The notes beneath the pieces are model-generated. The model did no database searches and was not told the DNA's origin. It was given only the letters and a program-made list of their open reading frames with translations. A program made the position numbers and the translations under genes. This document shows, in pieces, positions 12,820 through 26,400 of a DNA stretch of 64,000 bases. The stretch is from Takakia lepidozioides (taxonomy: Eukaryota > Plantae > Bryophyta), in contig CM060731.1 in assembly GCA_030704615.1 (NCBI GenBank), positions 92,938,001-93,002,000 of the forward strand, given 5' to 3'. Each line of letters opens with the position of its first letter. Within the stretch, counting starts at the first letter, position 1.

Positions 12820-13527
12820 TCAGTGCTTGCGTTGACACAAGCATGTAGCGCACCTGAGGAGAGCAGTGGCTTGAAAGAGCAAGATAGGGTTCGAAAAGGT
12901 GTAAAGGGGCACGAACCTTACCTCCGCTGGAGCCTGTTTGGGGCCTGATGATCCCTCACCGTCTCTCTTCCTGCCCTTCTCCATTGCAACTTTCTCCTTT
13001 GCGGACACATACATGCGAATGAAACGAGTGCACTTTGAATGAAAGACAGAAGGATGATAGAAGGAAACAAAGGAAACAAAGACAAAATGAGGAGATGAGG
13101 AAGAGATGTAATGCCTCACCAGCGCATCCGCGCTCTGATCGTGTGTGGCCCTCAATGCAGGTGTTGGGGAAGCCAACACACCCTCCGAGGTTGCTTCTTC
13201 AGTCCCTGCATCTTCCCCGCTAATCTCCCCTTCCTCCTCCTCCGAAGCAATCTGCTGTTCTGCAGGCCCTACTGTTTGCGTCCCCCTCTCTTTGCTCCCC
13301 TCTGAAGGCGGGTCCTTGATAGGCACAAAAACAAGCTCCCCCTCTTGATGGCAGTGGAAGCCCTGTCGTAAGCTACCCTCTCTCTCAAGCTCCATGAGCA
13401 ACTTCTTTCCCCTCATGCTTTCTCGAGCTCTCCTACGCTCTTCGGTCTGTTGTGAAATAGAGAGTTCATCTTCTCCTATGGCGCTGACACTCCTCTCTAT
13501 GCTAGAGCCCTCCGACTTACTCCCCAC
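12820..13527 (-). other. Low-complexity acidic/basic ORF, possibly 5' exons of the accessory gene whose ParB-like exon is at 11700-12090
   Basis: Same strand, upstream position and E/K/R-rich composition as the N-termini of the other accessory genes; no diagnostic motif. Confidence 0.3.
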
Positions 13528-13699
13528 TTAGAACGTTTTGAGTTTCTGAAACGTCAAGTCAGGGTATGTGACCTCCTCAATGACGCAACGGCGTGAGCCT
13601 TGCGCATGAGCGTACGCTCACGCAGGAGTGACTTGGCGTGAGCATGCACCTACACTGACGTGGCGTGAGCGTGATGTCATTCAACAAGCCAGGCAAGCC

Positions 13700-14945
13700 G
13701 GAGATGGCCCAGGAGAAGTTGCACAGGTTGTCTACCGCCGTTGTGTCTTCAGATCGTTTTTCACCTCTTGAAGAAATTGTGGTCCGAAGGATGGGTCGGC
13801 AATTCTCAACTGCTTCACAAAAGCACTCATAATTTTTTTTTTTGTGGCTGTCATCTCTTACTTGATGTGACTCTCAACCCCCTTTGCTGTCCTTCTCTCT
13901 TCAGGGGTAGAGCTGTAGTATTCTAGTTTGCCACGCTGTCCTGCATCTGCAATGTCTTGCTGTAAGAGAATGCACGACAGATGCATTAACACAAGGGCAA
14001 GGGAAAGAAACATAAACAAAGATCTGGAAGCAGGAATATCCAAAGGCCAAATGATGGAAGATGTATCTCACCGCGTACATATACTCCATGAAAGCCTCAT
14101 GGGTCAACGAGTACCATGTTTATGATGTCTTGGAGCTTTTGCACTTCTTGTATGTCTCTGCTGAAAGGATGGTCTTGAAGTTGATCAAGGGCATCTGGCT
14201 GATCCTCTGTATCCTGTACAGAGTGTGAACCAGACTCGTTTTCACATGTGATGTCTCCGTCCCTCTGCAGAATGATGTGTGAAAATCAGAATGAAATTCA
14301 AGAACCGACAACAGAGGACTGGAACCAAAGAACCACGGAACCACAACTGGAACATGTAGAATGAGAAACCAACCTGTTCACATCATTCATTGTCGTCAGA
14401 AGACCCATCATGTTCCCGTCACAATCCAGCACCATCGTTCGAACACAGTAATGCCACTCTTTCTCCTGTGAGTGCAGCCTCCCAATGACAGCCATCCATG
14501 CAAGCAACCGGTGGTTGCCATCCCATACGTGAAACATCTTCCCTGAGAATGCTTGGGTCGAAGGTTTCCTGGAGAGAAGATGTTCGAAGGATTCGTTCAC
14601 CTGTCTCCCAATGGGTCCCAAGAGTCCATGATTTGACTCATCCACAAGGAGCTCTTTGCCTCTGGAATCCCTAGTAGAAACGTAAAAGACTGCGGATCCA
14701 TCCAAATACCCATGAACAAACTCGGCCTCCAGCTTCAGGATGTCATTGATGAGGGGTGGACAAACGATACGCATGGAAACCAACCTACACAGGGGAATCT
14801 TCAACCTCCCACCCGGGTCAAGCATACTTTGCACCCACAAGCTGAGAATTTACCTTCTGACCCCCCAACATCTCCGCGGCTTTGCTTTCATAGAACTCAT
14901 CATCCACATCAACAATGATCTCCTTTTCCTACCCTGAAGGGTTCT
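13700..14945 (-). pseudogene. Family-C accessory gene: ParB/Srx-like exon plus two following exons, truncated at about 13700
   Basis: LKIPLCRLVSMRIV..DILKLEAEFVHGY..FYVS..GKMFHVWDGNHRLLAW (intact DGNHR at 14508-14522); next exons GTETSHVKTSLVHTLYRIQ..TWYSLT and IADPSFGPQF match VTENAYVHTHMAHMLYRVR..TWYRLT and IADPALGKDF of the gene at 29216-34413. Confidence 0.85.
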
Positions 14946-15013
14946 CATCCTCCACCCTTTGCATCTTCTCCTATAGGGATGCTCATTCAAATTGACATAA
15001 GAGAGAGGCCAGA

Positions 15014-17910
15014 AACAATGTGCGGTGCCGAACACTGTACAGAGCTTCGAACACATACCTTTTTCCGTGTTTTCACAAAAATTCAAATGTGCTTCAAAGA
15101 TTCAAAAAGAATCAAGTTGGCTTCCTATTACATCAAAACATATCATAGTACAGGGGCACAAATAGTGTGCGGCACCGCACACTGTTCCGTGCTGCCATTT
15201 CACCTTGATGGATGTTTAAGGAACAGGGCATGGTCCACACTTCTCAACCCCCAAATGAAGAGAGGGGCAAGAAACAGTGTGTTGTGCCGCACTTTGTTTC
15301 TTGCTACCATTTGTCTCTGTTAAAGCAAGAGAGACAACTGAATGGGTTCATTCCAAACAAAAAAAGAACACTTGACAGGGGTTACAAAAAATGTAGCCCA
15401 GAGTGACTATTCAGTGCTTACAGGTTGATTGAAGCCTGACAGACGGAGTTGGGTGAATAAAATACAAAAGGGCTGAGACATGGCAGATTGGCCTGGTGTG
15501 TTACATTTTGACATCAAAAATTGGCAAAGAAGAGGGGCACAAACAGTGTGCGGTGCCGCACACTGTTTGGTGCTTCCAATTAGGTGTGTTTTGAACCTGG
15601 CAGACACTGCTAGTGTGGTACACTTCAACATAAAAAAAAAAACAAAGAAGAGGGGCATAAACAGTGTGCGGCGCCACACACTGTTTCGTGCTTCCATCTA
15701 GGTGTGTTTGATACATGACAGACTGGCCTAGTATGTTACATTTTGACATCAAAAAATTGACAAAGAAGAGGGGCACAAACAGTGTGCTGTGCCGCATACT
15801 GTTTGGTGCTTCTAATAAGGTGTGTTTTGAACCTGGCACACACTACTGGTGTGGTACATTTTGACATTAAAAAAAACAAAGAAGAGGGGCACAAATAGTG
15901 TGCGGTGCTGCACAGTGTTTCGTGCTTCCATCTAGGTGTGTTTGATACACCACAGACTAGCCTGGTACGTTGCATTTTGACATCAAAAATTAACAAAGAA
16001 GAGGGGCACAAACAGTGTGCGGTGCCGCACACTGTTTCGTGCTTCCATCTAGGTGTGTTCTGAACATAGCAGATACTAAAAAACAAGCAAAAAAGGGGGG
16101 CACAAATAGTGTGCGTTGCCGCACACTGTTTCATGTTTCCATCTAGGTGTGTTTGATACGTGACAGACTGGCCTGGTGTGGCACATTTTGACATCAAAAA
16201 ACAACCAAAAAAGGGGGGCACAAATAGTGTGCGTTGCCGCACACTGTTTCGTGGTTCAATGTAGGTGTGTTTGATACATGGCAGACTGGGCTGGTGTGGC
16301 ACATTTTGACATCAAAAACAAGCAAAAAAAGGGGGCACAAACAGTGTGCGTTGCCGCACACTGTTTCGTGCTTCCATCTAGGTGTGTTTGATACATGATA
16401 GACTGGGCTGGTGTGACACATTTTGACATAAAAAACAAGCCAAACAGGGGGGGCACAAACAGTGTGCGGCAACGCACACTGTTTCGTGCTTCAAATTCGT
16501 TGTGTTTGGTACTTGCCAGACACTACTAGCGTGGTACATTTTGACATAGAAAAAAAACCAAGTAGAGGGGCACAAACAGTGTGCGGCAATGCACACTGTT
16601 CCGTGCTTCCATGTAGGTGTGTTTGATACATGACAGACTGGCCTGGTGTGGCACATTTTGACATCAAAAAACAACCAAAAAAGTGGGGCACAAATAGTGT
16701 GCGTTGCCGTACACTGTTGCGTGCTTCCATGTAGGTGTGTTTGATACATGACAAACTGGCCTGGTGTGGCACATTTTGACATAAAAAACAACAAAAAAAA
16801 AGGGGCACAAACAATGTGCGTTGCCACGCACTGTTTCGTGCTTCCATCTAGGTGTGTTTGATACATGACAGACAGGGCTGGTGTGGCATATTTTGACATA
16901 AAAAACAAGCCAAACAGGGGGCACAAACAGTGTGCGGCAACGCAAACTATTTCGTGCTTTAAATTCGTTGTGTTTGGTACCTGACAGACACTGCTGGTGT
17001 GGTACATTTTGACATAGAAAAAAAACCAAGTAGAGGGGCACAAACAGTGTGCGGCAACGCACGCTGTTTCGTGCTTCCATCTACGTGTGTTTGATACACC
17101 ACAGACTGGCCTGGTATGGCACATTTTGACATAAAAAACAAGCAAATAAGGGGGGCACAAACAGTGTGCGTTGCCGCACACTGTTTCGTGCTTCAAATTC
17201 GTTGTGTTTGGTACCTCACAGACTGGCCTGGTCTAGTTCATTTTGACATAAAAAACAAGCAAAACCGGGGGGCACAAACAGTGTGCGTTGCCGCACACTG
17301 TTTCGTGCTTCCATCTGGATGTGTTTGATACATGACAGACTGGGCTGGTGTGGTACATTTTGACAGAAAAAACAAGAAGAAAAGCGAGGCACAAACAGTG
17401 TGCGGTGCCGCACACTGTTTGGTGCTACGAATTAGGTGTGTTTGGTAACTGGCGGACACTGCTGGTGTGGTACATTTTGACATAAAAAAAAAACAAGATG
17501 ACGGGCACAAACAGTGTGCGGTGCCGCACACTGTTTCATGCTTCAAATTATGTGTGCTTGATACCTGCAAGACACTCCTGTAATGGAGCATTTTCACATG
17601 AAAATGAAGCAAAGAAGAGGGGATATATTATTGCGACCAGCAAACCCTAAACAACTTGAAAGACCTACAGCAACAGTGTGCGGCACTGCACAATGGTTTA
17701 TGCTTGCACATATTTCAGCTAACCACAATTTTGAACCAATTTGAAGGGCCTGAAACACTGTGCGGTGGTGCACACTCTTCAAGCTTCCATCTCACTCCAA
17801 AATTCATAGTCTCAGAGGGGAGACTGACAGTGTGCGGCACCGCACACACTCTCCTGCATCCACAATCCTCTGCATACACACGGAGCATACAGATTGTGCC
17901 GCACCGCACC
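15014..17910. repeat. Palindrome array 2 (family C): about 18 tandem 116-118 bp units plus dispersed copies of AAACAGTGTGCGGTGCCGCACACTGTTT
   Basis: Palindrome starts at 15541, 15659, 15777, 15893, 16010, 16104, 16222, 16339, 16457, 16574, 16692, 16809, 16925, 17042, 17159, 17276, 17393, 17509. Confidence 0.95.
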
Positions 17911-18315
17911 TGGGCGAGAATGTTTTGGAGCATCTCCCCCATCCTCTTTTCCACTAACTGCTTCTTCATGAGGCCAACATCAATATCCTCTTCGGCGTCC
18001 ATCTCTCCCTCGGATGCAGTCTCCTCCTCACCCGTTCTCGGCAGTATGGGGGGCTGTTGTTCCTCTCCAAAATCCTGCTCTTGCATCGCCAATCTTTCCT
18101 CATTGCCCTCTTCTTCCTCCTTTCCCTCTTCGTCTACTCTTTCCAACCTCACTCTATCTCTGGCTCTCTTCCTATCCCTAGTGCTGGTAAAGTATATCGA
18201 CTTCCTTTTTTTCTTCCTCTTGTGGAAACAAACGCTCCCCACGCTGCCTCTAGAGCTCTCCAGTTTGACGTTTGCAACAACGGTACGATAAGCTGCTGCA
18301 ATCTATTTTGTCATG
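17880..18315 (-). pseudogene. Probable first exon of the family-C accessory gene
   Basis: RKKKRKSIYFTSTRDRKRARDR followed by an acidic tract; homologous to 1750-2250; same strand as and upstream of the ParB-like exon, separated from it by array 2. Confidence 0.55.
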
Positions 18316-18699
18316 CCTAAGGTGCTTGCTTGGAGCGGTTGCTTTGGCATGTATCGAAAATACAATTTGGACATTGTTAACCGTATTTGGATGCGGGTGT
18401 CATCATTATGTGCGAACGGAATTCATCCATTTCTCCGTCTCTCAATTATCCTAAAAACTAAGTGGTGGCACTTCAATTTCCGTTCCGTCTACTTGTGGGA
18501 TATGTCAGATGTACTTCGCTGGCTGCCAGTACACGAAAGGCTTTTTGCATTCATGGAAATTGAGCAGTGCCGTAAAGATCTGTCGCAAGTCGAATTTTGA
18601 ACAGTACTTGCACATTGACAATAATTGTGATGCTTCGCGGAACCTATTACCGCGAAATTCGGCGCCATTTTTGCAGATGTCGCTCGGAATTCGCATGAG

Positions 18700-18905
18700 C
18701 GGAAGACAAAATATCATGAGCACGGCTCTCAAAACTATAATTTTTACTTCAAACAATGAATATTATATTGGTTTTTCTGACACATTCCATTAAAATAATA
18801 TTTTTTTAATGTTTTTTATTTCCAAAATTTGTACTTCTGCTCATGAAAACCGATTGTCTTGCTACTCCGCTCATGCCGCTCATGCTCATGAAATAGCTAA
18901 CCTCC
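18700..18905. mobile_element. Right terminus of family-C element with GCTCATG subterminal repeats
   Basis: Ends GCTCATGAAATAGCTAACCTCC (reverse complement GGAGGTTAGCTATTTCATGAGC), nearly identical to the termini at 22587 and 39231; it abuts an interrupted transposase reading frame. Confidence 0.8.
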
Positions 18906-20212
18906 CCAGAGTGCATGGGGGCACCACCCGGGACCGTGCAAGACGGAACCCTCCCTCCTCCAGCATGCTTATCTCGGTTGATGACAGTGACGTCCCAAGT
19001 TTCACAGGCCAAATTGCGGGCGGAGGGGGCTTCATTATCACCGAAGGACAAATTGTTCCCTTGACGCATCGTGCCATATCGTCTGAATGAATTCATAGTG
19101 ACTCCTCCGTTTGAGGTCCATAATATTGTCCATGAATCCAGTACTGCATGTGCCCATTCTGAGTGCATTCACCTGGTTTCGAATATTGGGAGAGCTCAAC
19201 ATAGACAAATGGTCCATCACTGTATCAAGCGAATTTGCATCCAACATTGGTTGTGTCGCATCCCCTTCACCCAGTATATGTTTTTCCAGGAATGCCTTGC
19301 TAGCTGCAAGGGCTATAGCAGAAGGTGTTACACAAGGGGCATTGTGGAACTCCTGCTTCAGAAGATTTCTAGCGATGTCTACGCTATCCCTGCAACTTCC
19401 CTTTGACACAGGATGCTCGTGTATACCCATATGAATGCAGGCACGAGTTATTGTCTTGCACCGGTGTGCCACCTGGTACATACAAGTGTGACACACAGAA
19501 ACACAGGACGGGACAAGTTTGCAGAACCTGCACACAAAAGTATTGGTCTTTGGAGGGGCAAGCCCTGGTGTGAAATGATTCAGGGGCACCCCAAATTTGG
19601 GATTCAGGATCTAAATCCTTTCGTTTGGTTTAGAGCTGTTTCTCAGGCGATGGCAAGAAGTATTCACGCACTTGCAATGTCCAACACAAACCGACCTTCG
19701 AAATTTCAATCCAATGTCGTTGTGGATGTTCGATGTTTTTGTCCTGCACCAAGGGTGTCCGTCATGTTTCTTCTTGTCCATGCCCTGTAGAAGCCCAGCA
19801 AGTCCACTGGAAGACGTGGGAGGGTTGAGCTCAAACAAAATGTCTTCGTCAAACTCTGCTGGCACATATTGAACCTGCTGTACCCAAAGGGATTCCCAAT
19901 CAACAAAACGCAGCTCGCTCTTGCACCCAGGCACCCCTGCGAGGGCTTTCAATTTCAGAATGACACTCGTTATCTCCTGCAATTTGTCATCATCCAAGAA
20001 TGGAGTCTGGACTGGCGGAGGAATATCAGAAACTTCCTCCGAAGACGAGTCTGAAAGAGTCACGAATGTAGTGGATGTGCTCACCTCTTGTTTCACATGA
20101 ACTGTGCCCTTCTGCTGCACAACCGATGCTGCAGTGCCAGGGGTAACTATTGATCTAGCTGATTGTCTTCTCTCTTTTCCAAGGACCCGGTATGTGTCTG
20201 GGAGAAACCATT
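18906..20212 (-). pseudogene. Internally deleted Mutator-like transposase (B1; A-related)
   Basis: WFLPDTYRVLG..PGTAASVV, MDKKKHDGHPWCRTKTSNIH, CRFCKLVPSC, HEHPVSKG, SSPNIRNQVNALR, then jumps to the C-terminal PAIWPVKLGT; DDE core deleted. Confidence 0.85.
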
Positions 20213-20229
20213 GGTTGGCGAGTGTGGGA

Positions 20230-22300
20230 GGAAGTAGGCAACATCACGGGACCACGAGGGAGCGTGCGAATATTCTTGTCAGCTCGCCATGAATCCTCTT
20301 CTCCGCCAGGTGCCTCGCCAAGTCTTCGTCTCACTGGACGGGTGTGAACATCTCCTTCCAAGTGTTGGCCACTTCGAAGCAATGGCGTGTCCCGAAGGCC
20401 CTCTCGCAAGGCTGCCGCCCACTTGCGAGGATTCTTTGATCTGGAGGCAGTCCGCATCAGCATTTCTTGCCTGTCCGGCCCCAAGCCCCACTGTTTCCCT
20501 TTCAAGAACTCGTTGTACCTGCATTGCTGCATAATTGACCTCACAATGTCCTCCGTTGTGGTAGTGAGGATGTCCACCAGATGCGCCGCGGAGGAGGCAC
20601 GCCAGGAAGAATGTACTGATTCGGCCATGTTTGTTGTTGGCATGTCGGTGTCGGAGTCGAGACACATTTCCTGCACATGCACATGTTGAGGTTACAAGCA
20701 AATTACAAATAATGAGTAGGTAGCATAATATTCAACGGGACGCAAATTCGTCCAACTCACCTCCCGCATATAGTCACCGAACTGGAGGAAACGATAATGC
20801 TACCATGCTAGCCAACTGACCATTGCTCCCTCGTCTGATTTCTTTACAGCACCTGACGTTGTTCACCAAGCAAACTGTGTCTCTGCATCATCCAAGGTGG
20901 GAGCACGCTTCCACGCAAGACACATGGAACGGTGCTCCTCTCTGAAAGCTGGCGCCACGAGCCTGGTTGTGTACTACGACAAGCTCTGCAGAAAATGGAA
21001 CCCACAAGATCTCTCCTTGCTTTTCATCGGAACATTGGGGTCTTCCCCGTACACCCTTCAGATGGCAGCCCAATTTGCTTGTGCGCTGTCCACCATGAAA
21101 CCACGAAAATTGGGAGGGGGCAATCCTGCCCTGGCCATCTGTTCGTTTATTCCCTGCCAAAGAAGCATCTCCGATTGTGTGTCCTCTCCTTTCATCTCAC
21201 AAATAACAATTGTCATTAGCATCCTGCAGTGGGTGTCGTAGACCTGTGCACCCATTGTCACCCACTGGTGATTTGTAATTCGCTTGATATGGTCGAACAT
21301 GACCCAACTGTTTGACAAGTCCCCACTCGTCATCCGGTGGACCAGTTCGACGCCGCTGCCAGGCCCACACGTTGATATTTTGAATACGAAACAGCGATCT
21401 GCCTCAGTCCCTTGTCCTAGAAACCTACTTCCATGAATGTAGTCATATCCACATCGTCGCTTCACCTCCAGAATGGAGTGCATATCCGAGCCACGCCCAA
21501 TTTTTTGTTTGCAGGAGACAATGTGGTTTCGGACATTCGGTGACCAGACGTGGAACACTGACTCCAGCAATGCCTCCATTTCCTTCTCATTGAGAGGAAC
21601 TCTATCGGAGCCGTCTACCGACATAATTCTGGCCAATGCCATCTTATGGGCGGCCTGCAACTGTATCTATTTGGGTTTGGCACCAGGTCTCAACTTAACC
21701 TCCTCCAGCACGAGCTGCTCTGCCTCGTGGGCAGCCTCCCACGAGTTCCCCCTCGCCAATTTGTGACAATGGGAACCAACGTGTATGCAAGCTCGTGTGA
21801 GGTTAGGGAAACGGTGCAACACATAGAACTGCTTGGCATTACAAATAGACATGCAATGTGGTGGTTCTTTGCAATGCGCACACTTAAATGTGGAGTTTGG
21901 AACCTTCTCCTGAGCTCGAAATGGTTGATGAGTGTTGCCTGTCCAATCCGTCTCGTTCCTGTGACCTCTGGATTTAAAGTGGAAGCATGTTGGAGATAAA
22001 CACCGCAACGCGCCCGCACAAACAACGTAGCGCACCCGCACACCATCGAGCATCTTCATGCTGGTGGTTTTGGTGACGCACCAAGGATGACCGTCATGTT
22101 TCCTATCCATATCTGTCAACATTCCGGACGCCCTCGAATAGTCCGTTTGAGGAGGGAACTCAAAGATTATATTACCGTTGACGTCTGTGGGAAGGCATGT
22201 AACGGATTTAATTGCGAACTTGCTGTAGTCCAGGAATGCGGCCCCTGGCCTTTGCGCAATAACTGCCAATGGTATGCAGCCAGAAGGTATATGACCAGTG
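20230..22300 (-). pseudogene. Truncated Mutator-like transposase (B2; D-related) with intron ~20674-20760
   Basis: MDRKHDGHPWCVTKTT, WVMFDHIKR, GFMVDSAQANWAAI, CGFHF, MPTTNMAESVHSSW; SWIM end missing. Confidence 0.87.
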
Positions 22301-22605
22301 CAGATGCGCTGCACAAACCAATAATTGTGGCGTCTGACATGGGGGGGCGAGCATGCAAGCACCTTCCCCATGGACAGAGGGAACTGACAGAGGTGGCATT
22401 CCAGTGGGTCTGATTGCAAGATTGAGTGCGAGACCCTCGCTGCCAAAAGTCAACATTCAACAAAATGCAACATTGCACAAAAAGTGGAACTTTGGTTCAA
22501 AGGAGACATTTTTATTAATAATGAACTGTGACAAGTATGCATGCCCTCACAAACTGAGGGAAGCCAAAAGTATGCATGCAATCCATGGAGGTTTACTATT
22601 TCATG

Positions 22606-22670
22606 AGCAGAAACCATGAGCCATGAGCCATGAGCCATGAGCCATGAGCCGCATGAGCCGCATGAGCGGT
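22606..22670. repeat. (CATGAGC)n subterminal repeat
   Basis: CCATGAGCCATGAGCC...GCATGAGC; fewer copies in the opposite arm (39178-39217). Confidence 0.85.
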
Positions 22671-23448
22671 GAGCCGAAGTCTAAGATACGCGGATTTCAT
22701 GAGCGGACTCCTCCAAATTTGGAAATGCGGCAGATTAAACAAGTATTAAAATAATAGTTTTTTTTATTTGACCTTGCCGGATGTTCCAGATCATGTAATG
22801 CGGCGAAGATATGTCGTCAGTAACAAGTCCGCTCATGGTTTTATAGATCCGCTCATGGAAATAAGTGACCGTGCAACGGGAAATCCAGTATACCACTGCA
22901 AAAGGACGTCGCATACTGGCCTGTATAGAGTATTCCGCGGTTTTACATGCCTTAACATTGGAATGAAGCTTACCCTTTTGCCGCGATTGAACCAATGGAG
23001 TCTGCACCAATACAGTCTGCAGTACTTCACAATTCTGTCTTCTTCGCGTATTCGGCGGGAAAGGTTTGCAACTGAACTAGGAAATAAGGTGCCGCATTAG
23101 GGTTCGCACGTGCGAAATTTCGGAGCGGTTTGGTGTTGGCGAAGGCCGCCTCTACCAGTACCTACGACGATACTTGGAAATGCGGCGCCGCATTTCCTTG
23201 TCGGAGGTCGAATGAGGAAAGCAAGTTTTTGGAAAGCAGAAAAACATGAACCCTCCAACATACAAAAATACATGCACGTGGAAACAAGTGAACGATATAG
23301 TAATATCTTAGTTCGAGCAAAACAGGTTACTGGTAGGCAAGACATATGTCGGACCTTTCTGTGGCCAGAGTCTGAGGTACTGGCAGCAGTACAATTCTAC
23401 TATCCGAAAAGGATGGGCGTACCATTGTATTGGGACCGCAAGCCAAGC

Positions 23449-26400
23449 TCACTGGTCCCCTGGATCCATATTCAGAAGAGTGTGAACCTCCTGGGGGCTC
23501 AACCCTGGTGCATGTATGAAGTGATGAGTTGTGGAATTACAACGGAGTCTCTTTAGGTACACGTAGTACAAATGCTTGCAAGGGCAGTATGATGCCCCTT
23601 TGTTTGCCATGATCTGGAAGTCGGTGCAATTGCAGGTGGGTAATTCTGAAATGGTGATGGTGTACACCTCATTGCGAACAGCTGAGCCCGCCGTGGCCAT
23701 CTGATACACACGCCCGAATCCTGGTGGGGGCACTTCAGTCGAGCTCTGGATTGTACAGTTCATCCGAAGTGCATTCCCCATCCTTGTCTCGTTCACTTTT
23801 GAGGGAGGTCGCCGCCTCTTCGGTTTCCCCCAACGGTGTGTAGGATGCTTAGAGCTGTCGTGTCCCATTGTTCTTGCTCTCACAGGGGTCGGTGGTGGAG
23901 GCTGTGGAAGCGGAAATGGTTGTCTGGGGACGTCAGTGCGCTGCACCATCCGAAATCCTGCGGCGGTAAGGGCGTCGGCCTCAACCTGACTCAGATCGCA
24001 GCCTGGTTCCACCGGCCACACCGGGGGAGCCTCTGGCATTGTTTGTATGCCGTACTTGGGCTTTCCATACACGCAAGTCATAATGTCGTGCCTGCAGAAC
24101 CAGAACTGGGTGGTTGTCGCCTCCGCAAACTTTGCATGGACAAATCTTCCTGTAAAAGTAGGAGCAGGGACAGCCCCATCTGGATTCCTCCTTATCATCT
24201 CTAAACAACGTTGCCGTGTATCCACACGAATTGCGGAACACCTTCCTCGAAACGACGGCTTTGTGCGAGCAATTCTCCACTGTGATGCAGACACAGTCGT
24301 CTCCACAATGGCTTGGCCATACTGCATAACAGCGGGCGGAATCTGGGGCAAGGGAGCGGTGGGAATTTCTCGCACGAAATCCCCGGTTGAAGGCGACGTC
24401 GATCTGGAATTTCTTGGGCTTCCACTGCTGGAAGACACATTGTGCGGCAACATGACGGGACCTCGAGGTGCTGTCCAATGTTCCTGTCGGATCTCCAGGA
24501 ATCCTCTTCGCACCCGGGTTCCTCTTCAATCCTCCGCCTAACAGGGCGAGTCCGGACGTCCCCCTCTAGGTGTTCACCTCTGCGGTGCAGAGGCGTCCCT
24601 TTGATCTTCTCTCGCAATGCTGTCGCCCATTTCACTGGATTCTTGGACCTCGAAGCTGTTCGTACCAACAATTCCTCCCTGTCCGGCCCAAAGCCCCATT
24701 GTTTGCCGCTCAGGAACTTGTAGTACGTGGCTTGCTGCATGATTGCTCTGTCGATGTCCTCCGTTGTGGCCGTCACTACGTCCACCAGATGTGCGGCAGA
24801 AGACGCTCGCCAGGAGGAGTGGACCGATTCTGCCATATTCGTGTTCGGCATGTCCGTGTCGGAATCCAAGCACCGCTCCTAGAAGGACACAAACAATGGT
24901 GAGGGACCAATCGAAATGTCCGTAACAGAAAGACAAATGAACGAAAATGACAGCAGCCTACCTCCCGCATGTACTGTCCGAACTGTCGATATCAAAAATG
25001 CCACCACCCCAACCAGCTGTGCAATGCTCCCAGATTGGTTGTCTCCACTGCACCTGACAAGTTCCACCAAGCCTCGATGATAGCAAACTTAACCTCCGCG
25101 TCATCAAATGTGGGTGCATCCTTCCACGCCGTACAAAGGACACGGTGTTCAGCCTGGAATGAGCTAGCAACAAATTTGGTAGTGTAGTGGGATAGACTCT
25201 GCATCCAATGGAATCCACAGGATCTCTCTTTCCCCTCCATTGGAACATTGGGGTCCTCACCGTACACACGCCACACCGCTGCCCAGTTGGCATGAGCGTT
25301 GTCTGCCATGAATCCCCTGAAATTGGGCTCTGGCAATCCCGCCCTTGCCATCTGCTCGTTTATGCCCTCCCACAGATGCATCTCGGACTGTGTGTCCTCC
25401 CCTTTCATCTCGCAGATTGCAATCGTCATGAGCCTCTTGGAGTGATAGTCATAAACATGCGCACCCATAGTCACCCACTGATGGTTTGTAATTCGCTTGA
25501 TGTGATCAAACATCACCCAAGCATTCGACAAGTTTCCAGTTGTCATGCGAGTGACCAAGTCGACTCCACTCCCAGGCCCACACGTCGACATTTTGAAAAT
25601 GTAACAACGATCGGATTCGCTGCCTTGCCCTGGAAACCTGCTACCTTGGATGTAGTCATATCCAGTCATTCGTTTCACCTCCAGGATTGAGTACATGTCC
25701 GACCCCCTGCCGAACTCCTGCTTGCAAGATACGATGTGATTCCGCACATTCGGACTACAAACGTACGAGACGGACTCCAAGAGGTCACGCATCTCGTCTT
25801 CGGTCAAGGGCTCTCGGTCGGAACCATCTTCAGACATGATTTTGCCAAGAGCAATCTTGTGGGCTGCCTTCAGCTGAATCTGCTTTGGTCTGGCTCCGGG
25901 GCTCAATTTCACCTCCTCTTTTATGATGTCGTGTGCTTCCTGCACAGCCTCCCGCATGTTGCCTCTCGCCAAGGGGTGGCAGTGGACCCCAACGTGTATG
26001 CAAGCTCTAGTCAAGTCCGGGAGCAAATGGATTACGTAATATTGCTTGGCTCTGCACATGGACATGCACGTCGGTGGTTCTTTGCAGTGTGCACACTTGA
26101 AAGAACCCGCAGGAGCTTGGCTGGAGACAATGAATGGATGATGCGTTGTGCCAGTCCAATCCGTCTCGTTTCTCCGCCATCCTTTGGAGAGAAAGTGGAA
26201 GCAGGTGGGATTGAGGCACCTCAGCTTCCCCGCACAGAGGACATATTGTACACGAACACCATCAGCAATTGTCGTGCTACTGGTCTTCGTCACACACCAG
26301 GGGTGTCCGTCATGCTTTCGATCCATGTCTGTTAACATCCCGGAGGCTTTCTTTGACGAAGAAACAGGTGGAAACTCGAAGATGACATTGCCATCGACTT

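Noticed and set aside
15400-17620. Many overlapping ORFs in the arrays (KHETVCG.., MRRRIS.., MEIRRRIS.. also at 27340-28900, 34650-35300, 60960-63500)
   Set aside because: Translations of tandem palindromic repeats on both strands; no protein-like features.
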